Part shown: in pieces, positions 40,851-51,397 of the stretch
Numbering within the stretch: position 1 is the stretch's first letter
Layout of the letters: every line of letters starts with the position of its first letter
Source: Carnobacterium sp.
GTDB lineage: Bacteria; Bacillota; Bacilli; Lactobacillales; Carnobacteriaceae
Reading direction: 5' to 3'
NCBI GenBank assembly: GCA_036639135.1
Contig: JAVWJE010000001.1
Span: forward strand, 1 to 60,868
DNA: 60,868 bases
Made by a program: the position numbers and the translations under genes
Notes under the pieces: model-generated
What the model was told of the DNA's origin: nothing
Database searches by the model: none
What the model saw: the letters and a program-made list of their open reading frames with translations, nothing else

Positions 40851-41037
40851 CACTTTTCCCTCCTCAACAAAAAAATAGTAACGTTTAGTGTACCACGTTC
40901 TCACATAATTTTCTCATTAATTTTTAATTTAATTGGTATGATTCCATTTATCTGGTAGATTATATTGTGCTCACAAATCTATTTTGCTATGCTAAGTCTA
41001 CTAACTTAATCACACAAAAAAAGGATGAGATAAAATC

Positions 41038-41235
41038 ATGCTAAAAAAAGTTCTACTGGGTATTTTTCTTACTAGTTGTCTTTATTTTGCTTTATATTTA
41101 TTTTCAATAACGTTTCGATTTATTGTAGTAAATGGTGGAATTTGGGCGTACATACATGTCATTATGAGTATCATTCTATTTCTAGGTCTTTTTCTATTTA
41201 TCGTTTCTGTTCTTCATTATTTATTTGTTGAATAA
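41038..41235 (+). CDS. Small two-TM hypothetical protein (65 aa)
   Basis: AAGGA RBS, two hydrophobic helices, followed by a terminator hairpin. Confidence 0.6.
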   Translation: MLKKVLLGIFLTSCLYFALYLFSITFRFIVVNGGIWAYIHVIMSIILFLGLFLFIVSVLHYLFVE

Positions 41236-41315
41236 AAAAACCAGCCAATTACTTAAACCATCCTAATGGTCTAAGCAACTGGCCTGTTTTTTCATCCTAC
41301 TATCCTAATGAAATT

Positions 41316-42617
41316 TTAGTCAACGATAACTTCGTGGATCAATTGAATGGGTTCTGCTTTATCAGAAATAGTCATATTTTCTTGAATCTTAGTTTCAACA
41401 GCCGTTACTTCTGGTTGATTGCTGTAAATAGTCACTAAAGATTCGCCTTTTTTAACTTTGTCCCCTACTTTTTTACGCAACATTAAACCAACAGCTAAAT
41501 CAATTTTACTTTCTTTATTTGCCCTACCAGCTCCCAGCATCATTGCTGCAATTCCAATTTCATCCGCATTGATTTGAGAAACAACCCCATCACGAGTCGC
41601 TAATACTTCTGACTGATAAGCTGCTTGTGGGAGACGTTCAGGATGATCGATAACCGATGCATCTCCGCCTTGTGAAGCAACGAATTCTTTAAATTTCTCC
41701 AATGCTTTACCGTTATTCAAGTTTTCTTCTAATAACAATCTTGCTTCGGCTAAATTATTGCCTACCCCTGCTAGATGTACCATTTGACTTCCTAATATTA
41801 AACATAGTTTAACTAAGTCCGCTGGCCCATGTCCTTCTAGTGTATCAATGGCTTCTTTTATTTCTAATGCATTTCCAATAGCTAAACCTAATGGTTGGCT
41901 CATATCTGAAATAACAGCCATCGTTTGACGTCCTACTAAGTTTCCGATTTTTACCATAGCATGCGCTAATTCTCTTGCATCTTCTTCTGTCTTCATAAAT
42001 GCACCAGCACCAATTTTTACATCTAAAACAATAGCATCTGCTCCAGCTGCTATTTTTTTACTCATGATTGAGCTTGCAATTAGTGGAATCGATTCCACAG
42101 TTCCTGTAACATCACGTAAGGCATAGAGTTTTTTATCAGCTGGTGTTAGGTTGCCAGATTGTCCTACTACAGCCACTTTATTTTTATTTACTAATTCAAT
42201 AAATTTTTCTTGTGTTAATTCAACAGTGAATCCTGGGATCGCTTCTAATTTATCGATTGTACCACCCGTGTGACCTAACCCGCGCCCACTCATTTTCGCA
42301 ATAGGAACTCCTAAACTAGCTACCAAAGGAGCTAATACTAACGTTGTTGTATCTCCTACTCCGCCTGTTGAATGTTTATCTACTTTTATTCCATGAATAT
42401 CTGATAAATCAATTTTTTCCCCTGAATTTACCATGCTCATTGTTAAATCACTTCGTTCATGATCATCCATTCCTTGGAAATAAATGGCCATTGCCATTGC
42501 ACTCATTTGATAATCAGGAATTTCACCGGTGGTGAAGCCTTCTATCATGTAATTAATTTCTTCTGTTGTTAATGTTTTTCCATGTTGTTTTTTAGCGATT
42601 AAGTCTACTATACGCAT
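41316..42617 (-). CDS. pdp: Pyrimidine-nucleoside phosphorylase
   Basis: [36 protein letters not shown]. Confidence 0.96.
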   Translation of the reverse strand: MRIVDLIAKKQHGKTLTTEEINYMIEGFTTGEIPDYQMSAMAMAIYFQGMDDHERSDLTMSMVNSGEKIDLSDIHGIKVDKHSTGGVGDTTTLVLAPLVASLGVPIAKMSGRGLGHTGGTIDKLEAIPGFTVELTQEKFIELVNKNKVAVVGQSGNLTPADKKLYALRDVTGTVESIPLIASSIMSKKIAAGADAIVLDVKIGAGAFMKTEEDARELAHAMVKIGNLVGRQTMAVISDMSQPLGLAIGNALEIKEAIDTLEGHGPADLVKLCLILGSQMVHLAGVGNNLAEARLLLEENLNNGKALEKFKEFVASQGGDASVIDHPERLPQAAYQSEVLATRDGVVSQINADEIGIAAMMLGAGRANKESKIDLAVGLMLRKKVGDKVKKGESLVTIYSNQPEVTAVETKIQENMTISDKAEPIQLIHEVIVD

Positions 42618-42671
42618 CTTTGTTTGTCTCCTTTAATTCATTTTATTCTAGTATTTTACCACACTTACGCG

Positions 42672-42685
42672 TGTTAGCGGTTTCA
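42672..42685. promoter_or_regulatory. cre (CcpA) site upstream of pdp
   Basis: TGTTAGCGGTTTCA. Confidence 0.65.
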
Positions 42686-42740
42686 ATAATGTAAAATGAT
42701 ACGTTTTCTCAGCTATTTATCATCAAACTCTCAAAAATTA

Positions 42741-43412
42741 TTATCTAACATCCAGAACTTCTATAGAATTTTCGTGTCCTACAATAACCGTGTTGACCAT
42801 ATCTAAAAACAAACCATGTTCAACAACGCCAGTTAGGCTATCTAACCAAGTTGCTAATTCTTTTGGGTTTTCTATTACATTTAAATGCAAATCAATGATA
42901 TAATGCCCACCATCTGTTACATATAGTTCTTTCGAATCATTTAGACGCAATTCAGGATGCAATTTTTTTGATTCGAATAGTCGAAAAAGGTGTTTATATC
43001 CAAATGATACAATTTCAACCGGTAAAGGAAAGGCACCAAGCGTTTTTACCATTTTACTATCATCAACAATCCAAATAACTTTTTCACTATTATTTGCTAC
43101 TAACTTTTCAAATAATAAAGCACCGCCGCCGCCTTTGATCCCTTGATAATCTTCACTTACCTCATCAGACCCATCGATTGTTAAATCAATTTTATCCACA
43201 TTATTTAAATCAACTAATGGAATGTTTAATGATTTTGCTTGCTCTTTTGTGCGAGTAGATGTCGTCACTCCTGTGATGGTTAGACCTTCTTTTACTCGTC
43301 TTCCAAGCGCTTCAACTAAATAATAAGCTGTTGACCCTGTACCCAATCCGACAATCATTCCTTCTTTAACATACTCTGCTGCTTTTTCTCCAACCATTTG
43401 TTTAACGTTCAT
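42741..43412 (-). CDS. rpiA: Ribose-5-phosphate isomerase A
   Basis: GLGTGST, DGSDE, KGGGGALLFEK, GVVEHGLF. Confidence 0.96.
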   Translation of the reverse strand: MNVKQMVGEKAAEYVKEGMIVGLGTGSTAYYLVEALGRRVKEGLTITGVTTSTRTKEQAKSLNIPLVDLNNVDKIDLTIDGSDEVSEDYQGIKGGGGALLFEKLVANNSEKVIWIVDDSKMVKTLGAFPLPVEIVSFGYKHLFRLFESKKLHPELRLNDSKELYVTDGGHYIIDLHLNVIENPKELATWLDSLTGVVEHGLFLDMVNTVIVGHENSIEVLDVR

Positions 43413-43774
43413 TCTATTTCCTCCTTATTATCGTCATTTCTTTTCTCAAAAAATAATTTAAACTAAAAAATATGTAGAATTTTAAACGGTTTTATTTAAA
43501 TAGGGTTTTCAAATTCTTTTTGCCTATCAGAATAAAAGTTAGTAGAAGGAAAAAACCTTCCTTGTTATTTTACCATTTGTGCTAGCTGGAAAGCAATATC
43601 ATCAGTCTAAATCAATTGAAAATCTGGTGTATATAATAATTTTTTTCAAAAAAACCTATAAGTTAAAACTGTTTACACTAACACAGTCTTTTCTTATAGG
43701 TTTATTATTGAAGCATTTTATTCACTTATTAGCTAACCTTTATTATTCATCGGAATGAATTTAGTCATGTTTTT

Positions 43775-44143
43775 TTATTTTCTATCTTCGTTGGCAATTC
43801 CAACACCAAACCAGCCAACCTGTGTTACTCCTAACAGAAATGAAACCAAGTACGATCCTTTTTCTCCGAAAGAATATTTTGCGAGTAAGTGTTTTGATAG
43901 TCCTGTACCTGAACTGATAAAAGCAAGAAATCCTGTATAGATACCTAGTATCAAATTTCCGATTAAGACGGCGATAGTAAAGTCTTTAAATGATAGTCCT
44001 GCTCCAATTGTTCCTCCCGTCAACATACTAGCTGAGAAAAACGTGAAGCCTAACAAGATGAAAAGCATGGACTAAAAGCCTTTTTTGTTCTCATCCTTTA
44101 CCATTGTCAATGAATCATCCTTATCTTGCTGAGTCTTTTCCAT
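43775..44143 (-). pseudogene. codB: Cytosine permease remnant: in-frame TAG at codon 24 and 3' truncation
   Basis: GAGGGAG RBS, ATG 44143, MEKTQQDKDDSLTMVKDENKKGF*SMLFILLGFTFFSASM...TQVGWFGVGIA, then the frame ends; only ~120 codons of a protein normally >400 aa. Confidence 0.85.
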
Positions 44144-44179
44144 TATACTCCCTCTTATTATTCACCAGTACCTGTACAT

Positions 44180-44300
44180 ACAAAAAGACCCCTTGTCAAA
44201 AAACGACAAGAAGTCTGTGCATACGTACAGCAGTACAACACTATCTCTGTAGATAGCACAAACCTTGTCAGCCTCTCTGGACTGATTTTAAAGGTACCGA
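44180..44300 (-). promoter_or_regulatory. PyrR-binding attenuator leader
   Basis: Minus strand CCTTTAAAATCAGTCCAGAGAGGCTGACAAGG matches the PyrR binding loop (ARUCCNGNGAGGYU); downstream terminator AGACTTCTTGTC...GACAAGGGGTCTTTTTG. Confidence 0.88.
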
Positions 44301-44403
44301 TATTTTATTAGTTTCAATACTATAGGTTTAAAATTACTGTGACAACTCAAATCTTTTTCTTGTTATCCACTGCTAATAGAACACCATTTTATTTCTCAGC
44401 TAA

Positions 44404-44862
44404 CTAAGCTGCGTAAACGAGTTCGAATTGAATACAAACTACTTCTGTTTTCATAGAAAAATGCCAGTGTTCACTTTTGCATTGCTCTTGAAAATAGTCT
44501 TGATAAAATTCTCTCCATCCTTTTAAGGTGCGGTCTCCCTCGCCTTCTTCATAAGCCCATTCATCAGATACTTCATCAAATGGCAAAATAGCTATTTTTA
44601 AAAGTTGGACGATTCCAATTGCTTGGTTATTTCCATCCAATATCAGGGAATAGCTTCCTTCTTGAGGCACAGACTTCTCACTTCTTTGATAGTCTAATAA
44701 CAAAGAGGTTTTTGCTGTTTTCAACCCCTCTAGAACGAGTGCTGCAGACTGATTAGCTTTATCTTGAGTATCTCCAAAAGTCATCAAATTATAATTGTCT
44801 GGTAATGTAGAATTTTGAAGTTTAAAATTTTCCCATAACTTTTCTATCGAATCATTTGTCAT
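44404..44862 (-). CDS. ASCH domain protein
   Basis: FGD...LVLEGLKTAKTS, EGEGDRTL. Confidence 0.88.
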   Translation of the reverse strand: MTNDSIEKLWENFKLQNSTLPDNYNLMTFGDTQDKANQSAALVLEGLKTAKTSLLLDYQRSEKSVPQEGSYSLILDGNNQAIGIVQLLKIAILPFDEVSDEWAYEEGEGDRTLKGWREFYQDYFQEQCKSEHWHFSMKTEVVCIQFELVYAA

Positions 44863-45026
44863 TTTTTCACCTTTACTCCTGTTCATTACTTTGAATAAAA
44901 ATACTACACATCTTTATTCAAAATCTTGTTATTCATTTCCCTACCTTTTAATTTTTACCAACATCAACAGGCATTGTACCACAAGCAAATACAATTTGTT
45001 TAAAACCACACTTTTTTTAATCCAAT

Positions 45027-46100
45027 TTATTTGCGGTGCATTTTAAATTCTAAAAACAGGTCATTATAAATACCAATAGTTTCTTTTCCTAAGTCATCAT
45101 AGACTTCCAAATTTCCCAATGTTTGAGCAGAAGGATAAAATTGTTCATCTTCTGTTATCTCTATCGGCAATTGTTTTTTAGCTTCTTTATTTGGCGTAGA
45201 ATAACCAATGTATTCAGCGTTTTGTGCCGCATTTTTTGGATCAAGCATAAAATTAATAAAAGCATAAGCTGCTTCTTTGTTTTTTGCCGTTTTTGGAATC
45301 ACAAAGTTATCAAACCAAAGATTTGATCCTTCTTCTGGAATAACATAATGAAGGTTTTCATTTTCGTCTAACATTTCTGCTGCCTCTCCCGAAAAGGTTA
45401 CCGCTACAGAACTTTCTTCTTGAATCATGTACATTTTAATTTCATCAGCTACAATCGCTTTAACGTTAGGCGTCAATGTATTTAATTTTGCAGCTGCTTC
45501 TTCGAGTTCTTGTCCATTTTTTGTGTTCAATGAATAACCTAAACTGTTTAAAGATAAACCCATCACTTCTCTTGCTCCATCAATTAGCATGACATCATTT
45601 TTTAATTTTGGATTCCAAAGATCATCCCAATGTTGAACCTCTTCTTCATTTAAAAATTTATCATTATAAATAATCCCTAATGTACCCCAAAAATAAGGTA
45701 TTGAATAAGCATTATTCGGATCAAAAGATTGATTTAAAAACAAATCATCTATATTTTCTAACCTTTTAATTTTACTGTGATCTAATTTGAACACTAAGTT
45801 TTCCTTAACCATTCGTTGAATCATGTATTCACTAGGAACAGCCAAATCGTAGGCTGTTCCACCTTGTTTAATTTTGGTGTACATTGCTTCGTTAGAATCA
45901 AATGTTTCATACGATACACGGTAATCTGTTTCTTTTTCAAATTTGGTTATTAACTTAGGATCTATATAATCTCCCCAATTATAAAAATTCAACGTATTCT
46001 CTGATGTAATGCCTTGAGATTTACTTAACTGATGAATCGAAACATACAAACTCATGCTGACTGCTAAAATAGCAATGATGATAGCCATTAATCTTTTCAT
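45027..46100 (-). CDS. potD: Spermidine/putrescine ABC substrate-binding protein
   Basis: NWGDYIDP, FDSNEAM, PYFWGT, GSNLWFD. Confidence 0.93.
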   Translation of the reverse strand: MKRLMAIIIAILAVSMSLYVSIHQLSKSQGITSENTLNFYNWGDYIDPKLITKFEKETDYRVSYETFDSNEAMYTKIKQGGTAYDLAVPSEYMIQRMVKENLVFKLDHSKIKRLENIDDLFLNQSFDPNNAYSIPYFWGTLGIIYNDKFLNEEEVQHWDDLWNPKLKNDVMLIDGAREVMGLSLNSLGYSLNTKNGQELEEAAAKLNTLTPNVKAIVADEIKMYMIQEESSVAVTFSGEAAEMLDENENLHYVIPEEGSNLWFDNFVIPKTAKNKEAAYAFINFMLDPKNAAQNAEYIGYSTPNKEAKKQLPIEITEDEQFYPSAQTLGNLEVYDDLGKETIGIYNDLFLEFKMHRK

Positions 46101-46930
46101 CTTATCTTCACCGCCTCAGCTAGTAATCGTTTTTTCTTTTTTTGTTTTTTGGAAAGATTGTGTTGCTGAATAAAATAATAGCTCACAACTAATAGCAATG
46201 AGAATAAGAACATCAAAGCACTTAAGGCATTAATTTCTAAGCTGACTCCTTGACGAGCTCTGGAATAGATTTCAACAGCTAAAGTTGTAAATCCATTTCC
46301 TGTTACGAAAAACGTCACTGCAAAATCATCTAATGAATAAGTAAAGGCCATAAAAAATCCAGCTAAAATACCTGGAGTAATACTTGGCAAAATGACTTTG
46401 CTTATTACTTGCCAATTGCTCGCTCCTAAATCACGTGCAGCCATAATCATAGTATCGTTCATTTCTTTTAGTTTAGGCAAGACCATTAAGACAACAATTG
46501 GAATACTAAATGCGATATGTGAAAGCAAAACAGACGCAAATCCTAGACTAAAACCAATAAACGTAAATAAAATTAAAAAACTGGCACCAATAATAACATC
46601 TGGCGAGACCATTAGGATATTGTTTAAACTAAGCAATGTCGTACGAGCTTGTCTTTTTTTTGTATAATAAATAGCTAAAGCCCCAAACGTTCCAATACTC
46701 GTTGCCACTAAAGAAGAAAGCAAAGCTATTAATAACGTATTTAAAACAATCGTAATCAAGCGCGTGTCTTCAAAAACAGCCAGATAATTATCCCAAGTGA
46801 ATCCTTCAAAGCTAGTCATTGTTCCACCTGTATTAAATGAATAAAAAATAAGATAAAAAATAGGAGCATATAGAATAACAAAGACAGTAATCAAATAAAA
46901 ATTGGACCACTTAAACCGTTTCTTTTTCAT
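46097..46930 (-). CDS. potC: Spermidine/putrescine ABC permease
   Basis: AARDLGA, FTYSLDDF. Confidence 0.93.
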   Translation of the reverse strand: MKKKRFKWSNFYLITVFVILYAPIFYLIFYSFNTGGTMTSFEGFTWDNYLAVFEDTRLITIVLNTLLIALLSSLVATSIGTFGALAIYYTKKRQARTTLLSLNNILMVSPDVIIGASFLILFTFIGFSLGFASVLLSHIAFSIPIVVLMVLPKLKEMNDTMIMAARDLGASNWQVISKVILPSITPGILAGFFMAFTYSLDDFAVTFFVTGNGFTTLAVEIYSRARQGVSLEINALSALMFLFSLLLVVSYYFIQQHNLSKKQKKKKRLLAEAVKIR

Positions 46931-47742
46931 TTATATCTCCTCTCTTTCTTTTTCTTTTCACCGGTTAACAACATGATAATAAGCATTGCTGCAATTAACA
47001 CAACTCCGATTGTTGAACCCATTCCCCAATCTTGTGTGACAAGAAAGTGTTGTTCTATAGCTGTTCCTAAAGTGATGACTCGATTCCCACCAATTAAACG
47101 AGTGAGCATAAATAAGGATAGTGAGGGGATAAACACAGCTTGAACCCCACTCTTAACACCGTTTAAAGTTAAAGGAAAAGTTACTCGTCGAAAAGTTTCG
47201 ATACTATTTGCTCCTAAATCTCGACTAGCTTGTTCGTACGAAGGATTTAACTCTTCTAGTGCATTAAAGATAGGTAAAATCATAAATGGTATTTCAATAT
47301 AAGTTGCTACTAAAAGGAAACTAACATCCGTAAACAAAATTTGTTGTCTGCCAATCCCACTAAACATTAAAAAATCATTTACCGATCCGTTAATACTAAA
47401 GATGCCAATGAACGCATATGCTTTTAACAATAAGTTTATCCATGTTGGTAAAATAATCAACAATAGCCATAATTGCTTGTGTTTGGTTTTATTTAATAGA
47501 TAAGCTGTTGGATAACTGATCAACAAAGTCAAAACCGTTATCAAAAAAGCATACCAGACTGAATTCAATGTCATTTTCAAGTACGTACCAGATTGAAAGT
47601 AAGTTTGATAATTTGCTAGTGTGAATAATCCATCTACTGTGAAAAAGGATTGATAAAAAATCAATAACAATGGAGCAGCGACAAAAAAGATTAGCCATAA
47701 ACTATAAGGTATAAAATAAAATAATTTTGATTGTTTCCTCAA
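46927..47742 (-). CDS. potB: Spermidine/putrescine ABC permease
   Basis: PTWINLLLK, PFMILP, ASRDLGA. Confidence 0.93.
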   Translation of the reverse strand: MRKQSKLFYFIPYSLWLIFFVAAPLLLIFYQSFFTVDGLFTLANYQTYFQSGTYLKMTLNSVWYAFLITVLTLLISYPTAYLLNKTKHKQLWLLLIILPTWINLLLKAYAFIGIFSINGSVNDFLMFSGIGRQQILFTDVSFLLVATYIEIPFMILPIFNALEELNPSYEQASRDLGANSIETFRRVTFPLTLNGVKSGVQAVFIPSLSLFMLTRLIGGNRVITLGTAIEQHFLVTQDWGMGSTIGVVLIAAMLIIMLLTGEKKKKERRYK

Positions 47743-47756
47743 TTTTTTTGCCCCTC

Positions 47757-48851
47757 CTACTCCTCTTCATAGCTTTCAAGACGTGCATCAAACTCTTGCT
47801 CTGATTCTCCAAAACGCATAACGTGTATGTCTTCAGGTTCAAAGTATAAACCCACTTCGCTTCCAACTTTTGCTTTTTTAGTCGAATGTACCATCCATTC
47901 ATTCTGTTCACGATCATGACCTATAATTTCATAGTGTACGCCTCTGAAGAGTTGTGTATTTACTTTAATAGCAATTTTCCCTTGTTCAACCGTTGTTAAA
48001 ACCAAATCTTCTGGACGCAAAACGACTTCAACTTTTTCGTTGGGTTTCATTCCCGCATCTACGCATTCGAATGAATGCCCAACAATAGAAACTAAATAAT
48101 CTTCAAGCATATGTCCTTTAACAATGTTGCTTTCACCAATAAAATCGGCAACATATCGGTTAATAGGCTCATCGTACACGTCAACAGGTGTTCCACTTTG
48201 TACAATTTCTCCATCTTTCATAACAAATATTTCATCACTCATTGCTAAAGCTTCTTCTTGATCATGTGTGACAAAAACAAATGTAATCCCCAATCGACGT
48301 TGCAATTCGCGTAATTCGTATTGCATGTCTGTTCTTAATTTCAAGTCTAGTGCAGATAAAGGTTCATCGAGTAGCAAAACTTCTGGTTCATTAACCAATG
48401 CGCGTGCGATAGCTACACGTTGGCGTTGCCCTCCTGACATTTCACTGATATCACGATCTTCATAATTAGATAAACGAACCATTTTCAATACATTGCTAAC
48501 TTTTTCTTTGATAGTTTTAGTATCCATCTTCTTAATACGTAATCCAAATGCAACATTGTCAAATACATTCATATGTGGAAATAACGCATAATCTTGAAAA
48601 ACCGTATTGACTTTCCGTTTGTTAGCTGGCAAATCGTTCACTTTTTTTCCATCTAAAGTAATGGTTCCTTCATTTGCTTCAGTAAACCCTGCAATTAAAC
48701 GTAAAATGGTTGTCTTTCCGCAACCTGATGGACCTAATAATGTATAAAATTTACCTTGTTCAATCTCAAAGTTAATATTTTTTAAAACAGGCTCATCGTC
48801 ATCGTATTGCTTTTTTACTTGTTCAAATCGAATAATTATATTTTCTGTCAT
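47757..48851 (-). CDS. potA: Spermidine/putrescine ABC ATPase
   Basis: [31 protein letters not shown]. Confidence 0.95.
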   Translation of the reverse strand: MTENIIIRFEQVKKQYDDDEPVLKNINFEIEQGKFYTLLGPSGCGKTTILRLIAGFTEANEGTITLDGKKVNDLPANKRKVNTVFQDYALFPHMNVFDNVAFGLRIKKMDTKTIKEKVSNVLKMVRLSNYEDRDISEMSGGQRQRVAIARALVNEPEVLLLDEPLSALDLKLRTDMQYELRELQRRLGITFVFVTHDQEEALAMSDEIFVMKDGEIVQSGTPVDVYDEPINRYVADFIGESNIVKGHMLEDYLVSIVGHSFECVDAGMKPNEKVEVVLRPEDLVLTTVEQGKIAIKVNTQLFRGVHYEIIGHDREQNEWMVHSTKKAKVGSEVGLYFEPEDIHVMRFGESEQEFDARLESYEEE

Positions 48852-48931
48852 TTCGATACTCCTTCTTTAGCGGATAGCTTTAATTTTTATTGTTAGGGAA
48901 ATTTCTACAGTTCCTTTTTACCTGTTACTTA

Positions 48932-49474
48932 TTAAAGATAAGAATCCGTTACGACTATCAATAGCGTACTTTTCCCTTGAAAAGTGTTTACTATTTTGTG
49001 TCGATACGCAGCGTGGAAATAAATAGATTCTCCTTTTTTTGCACTGTATCTATTTGAGCCAATTTCCAAACAAACTTCGCCTTCATTTACAAAAGCAAAC
49101 GTTTCAGCAAGAGAAGGACCAAATTCTTTAAATTCGCCTGCTTGACTAAGCGTTAAAAAAACAGGTTCCATTTCATTTTCATTCGCTTCTGGAACCAACC
49201 ATTCAATCTTATACCCTTTTTCTGAATCTTCAAAACGCGTACCTTCACCTCTTCTATAAACAACACGTTGGTCAACGTCTTTCTTTTCAAAGAAATCTTT
49301 TGGATCGCATCCTAGAACTTCTAAAATACAAAAAAACACATCCATAGAAGGCATACTCAGATCTCGTTCCAATTGTGAAATGTAGCCTTTACTTAAATCG
49401 GTTCTTTCACCTAGTTCTTCTTGTGTAAATTTTTTTTGAATACGCAGATTTTTAATTTTCTTACCAATTTTCAT
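48932..49474 (-). CDS. XRE-HTH/cupin regulator of the pot operon (PuuR/PotR-like)
   Basis: TQEELGERTDLSKGYISQLER plus C-terminal cupin. Confidence 0.88.
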   Translation of the reverse strand: MKIGKKIKNLRIQKKFTQEELGERTDLSKGYISQLERDLSMPSMDVFFCILEVLGCDPKDFFEKKDVDQRVVYRRGEGTRFEDSEKGYKIEWLVPEANENEMEPVFLTLSQAGEFKEFGPSLAETFAFVNEGEVCLEIGSNRYSAKKGESIYFHAAYRHKIVNTFQGKSTLLIVVTDSYL

Positions 49475-49533
49475 TTTTTTACTCCTTAAAAGTAATTTAT
49501 TACAAATCTAAGTGTTAACTGAAGTTCATCCTT

Positions 49534-49552
49534 AGTAAACAATAAGTTTACT
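49534..49552. promoter_or_regulatory. Palindromic operator candidate upstream of the pot regulator
   Basis: AGTAAAC-AATAA-GTTTACT. Confidence 0.5.
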
Positions 49553-49648
49553 TTTACCTTCTTATTATAAATCTTATCAGTTTAAAAGCAATAAAAAAAT
49601 CAAAAGTAGAAAAATTTCTACTTTTGATTTTTTTAAGTTAGTAAGCTA

Positions 49649-50557
49649 TTATGAATGAATATTTTCTCCAATAATTCGAACTTCTGGTACGAGTTCAACG
49701 CCAGTATTTTCTAAGATAATTTTTTGAACATGTGCGATTAATTCAATATAATCCGTTGCTGTAGCTTGATTAATATTTACAATAAAACCGGCATGCTTTT
49801 CTGAAATTTGGGCGCCTCCCCAAATTTTACCTTGTAACCCAGCTTCTTGAATTAATTTCCCCGTAAAATAACCTGTTGGTCTTTTGAATACACTTCCGCA
49901 AGAAGGATATTCTAAGGGTTGTTTAGACTCACGTAAGAAAGTTAATTCTACCATACGTTCCTTTATCTCAGCAGTTTTGCCTTTTTCTAAGTAAAACTCG
50001 ACTTCTAAAACAATATCTCGTGTCTCTTGTATCGCACTATAACGATAGTGAAATTCAAGGTCTTTATTTTTCAATTTTTTTAACTCACCTGAACGAGTTA
50101 AAATTGTTACCGTATGGATGACTTCACTAACTTCACCACCATATGCACCTGCATTCATGAATACAGCTCCACCGATGCTACCAGGTATGCCACAAGCAAA
50201 CTCTAAACCTGTCAGTTCAGCATCTAAAGCCACATAAGTCGTATCAATTAAGCGTGCTCCACTTTGTGCTGTAATTCGGGTTTTTGAAACAGAAATGTCA
50301 TTCATTTCTGTTAAAACCATTACTACACCATGAATACCACCGTCTTTTACGATTAAATTGCTAGCATTCCCTAATACCGTTAATGGCAATTCATTCTCAT
50401 TAATCCATTCCACTATCTCAACTACTTCAGATTTCTCTTGAGGTAATACTAATATATCTGCTGGTCCGCCTGTTTTTGTGTAAGTGTAAAGAGACAAAGG
50501 TTCTTTTTCTTTAATTATTGAATTAGGAAATTTTTCTTTCATTTCTGTTATTAGCAT
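49649..50557 (-). CDS. murB: UDP-N-acetylenolpyruvoylglucosamine reductase
   Basis: GNASN, GIPGSIGGAVFMNAGAYG, PSCGSVFKRP, KHAGF. Confidence 0.96.
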   Translation of the reverse strand: MLITEMKEKFPNSIIKEKEPLSLYTYTKTGGPADILVLPQEKSEVVEIVEWINENELPLTVLGNASNLIVKDGGIHGVVMVLTEMNDISVSKTRITAQSGARLIDTTYVALDAELTGLEFACGIPGSIGGAVFMNAGAYGGEVSEVIHTVTILTRSGELKKLKNKDLEFHYRYSAIQETRDIVLEVEFYLEKGKTAEIKERMVELTFLRESKQPLEYPSCGSVFKRPTGYFTGKLIQEAGLQGKIWGGAQISEKHAGFIVNINQATATDYIELIAHVQKIILENTGVELVPEVRIIGENIHS

Positions 50558-50712
50558 TGCATAATGACCCTCTCAAAGTTAATTTACTCTCAACATTCTA
50601 ACATGCGAACCAAGCATTTGAACAGTGTTTGTGCTTTTTCTCACGGCAATCTTAGATTATCAGATAAAAAAATTAAAATAACTTCAGCTTTTTCTTATCT
50701 ATACTTATTATC

Positions 50713-51384
50713 TTATTTTAATTTATTAAGGTAGTCATAACGCTCAAACACTTCTGACTCTGCTATCCCCACAATAATATCGTTGCTTTCAATAACATAA
50801 CCTGGTCCGAATGAAACATCTAACTTTCTTTCTGCTTTTTTTCTAATGCCAATAACATTCATTTCATACCGTTTTCGTAAATCTAATTCTTCTAGGGAAC
50901 GATTAACCCATTTTATCGGTGGATAAAATTCAATTACAGCGTACTGTTCATCTAGGTCAACAATATCTGTGATATGGCGTCTGAGTAAGTTTTTCGCTAC
51001 TCGTGTTCCCATTTCTTTTTCTGGGCGAATAACTCTTGTAGCGCCTACTGCAGTCAAAACTTCCATAAATACTTTATTTTTAGCTTTCGCAATAATCGTA
51101 GCAATGTTCATTTTTTTACAATTCATTACAGCTAAAACACTTGCTTCAAGACTTGTGCCAGTTGCAACTACTACAACATCACAGTTTTCAAAACCAATAT
51201 TCTTAAGAAATTCTAAATCTGTAATATCCCCTTGAATCGCTTCCGTTACAAATGGTTCTACTCGATCGACATTAGCAACATCTAAGTCGACAGCGATGAC
51301 TTCACAATCAAACTCACTTAGTTCTTTAGCAATTGAAGAACCAAATACACCTAACCCTAATACACCAATTGTTTTTGTCCCCAT
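50713..51384 (-). CDS. ktrA: K+ uptake RCK subunit (KtrA/TrkA)
   Basis: GLGVFG, PEKEMG, RCK_C domain. Confidence 0.88.
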   Translation of the reverse strand: MGTKTIGVLGLGVFGSSIAKELSEFDCEVIAVDLDVANVDRVEPFVTEAIQGDITDLEFLKNIGFENCDVVVVATGTSLEASVLAVMNCKKMNIATIIAKAKNKVFMEVLTAVGATRVIRPEKEMGTRVAKNLLRRHITDIVDLDEQYAVIEFYPPIKWVNRSLEELDLRKRYEMNVIGIRKKAERKLDVSFGPGYVIESNDIIVGIAESEVFERYDYLNKLK

Positions 51385-51397
51385 TTCAAGATTTCCC

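Noticed and set aside
44126-44311. 61-aa plus-strand ORF
   Set aside because: It overlaps the minus-strand PyrR leader and codB start
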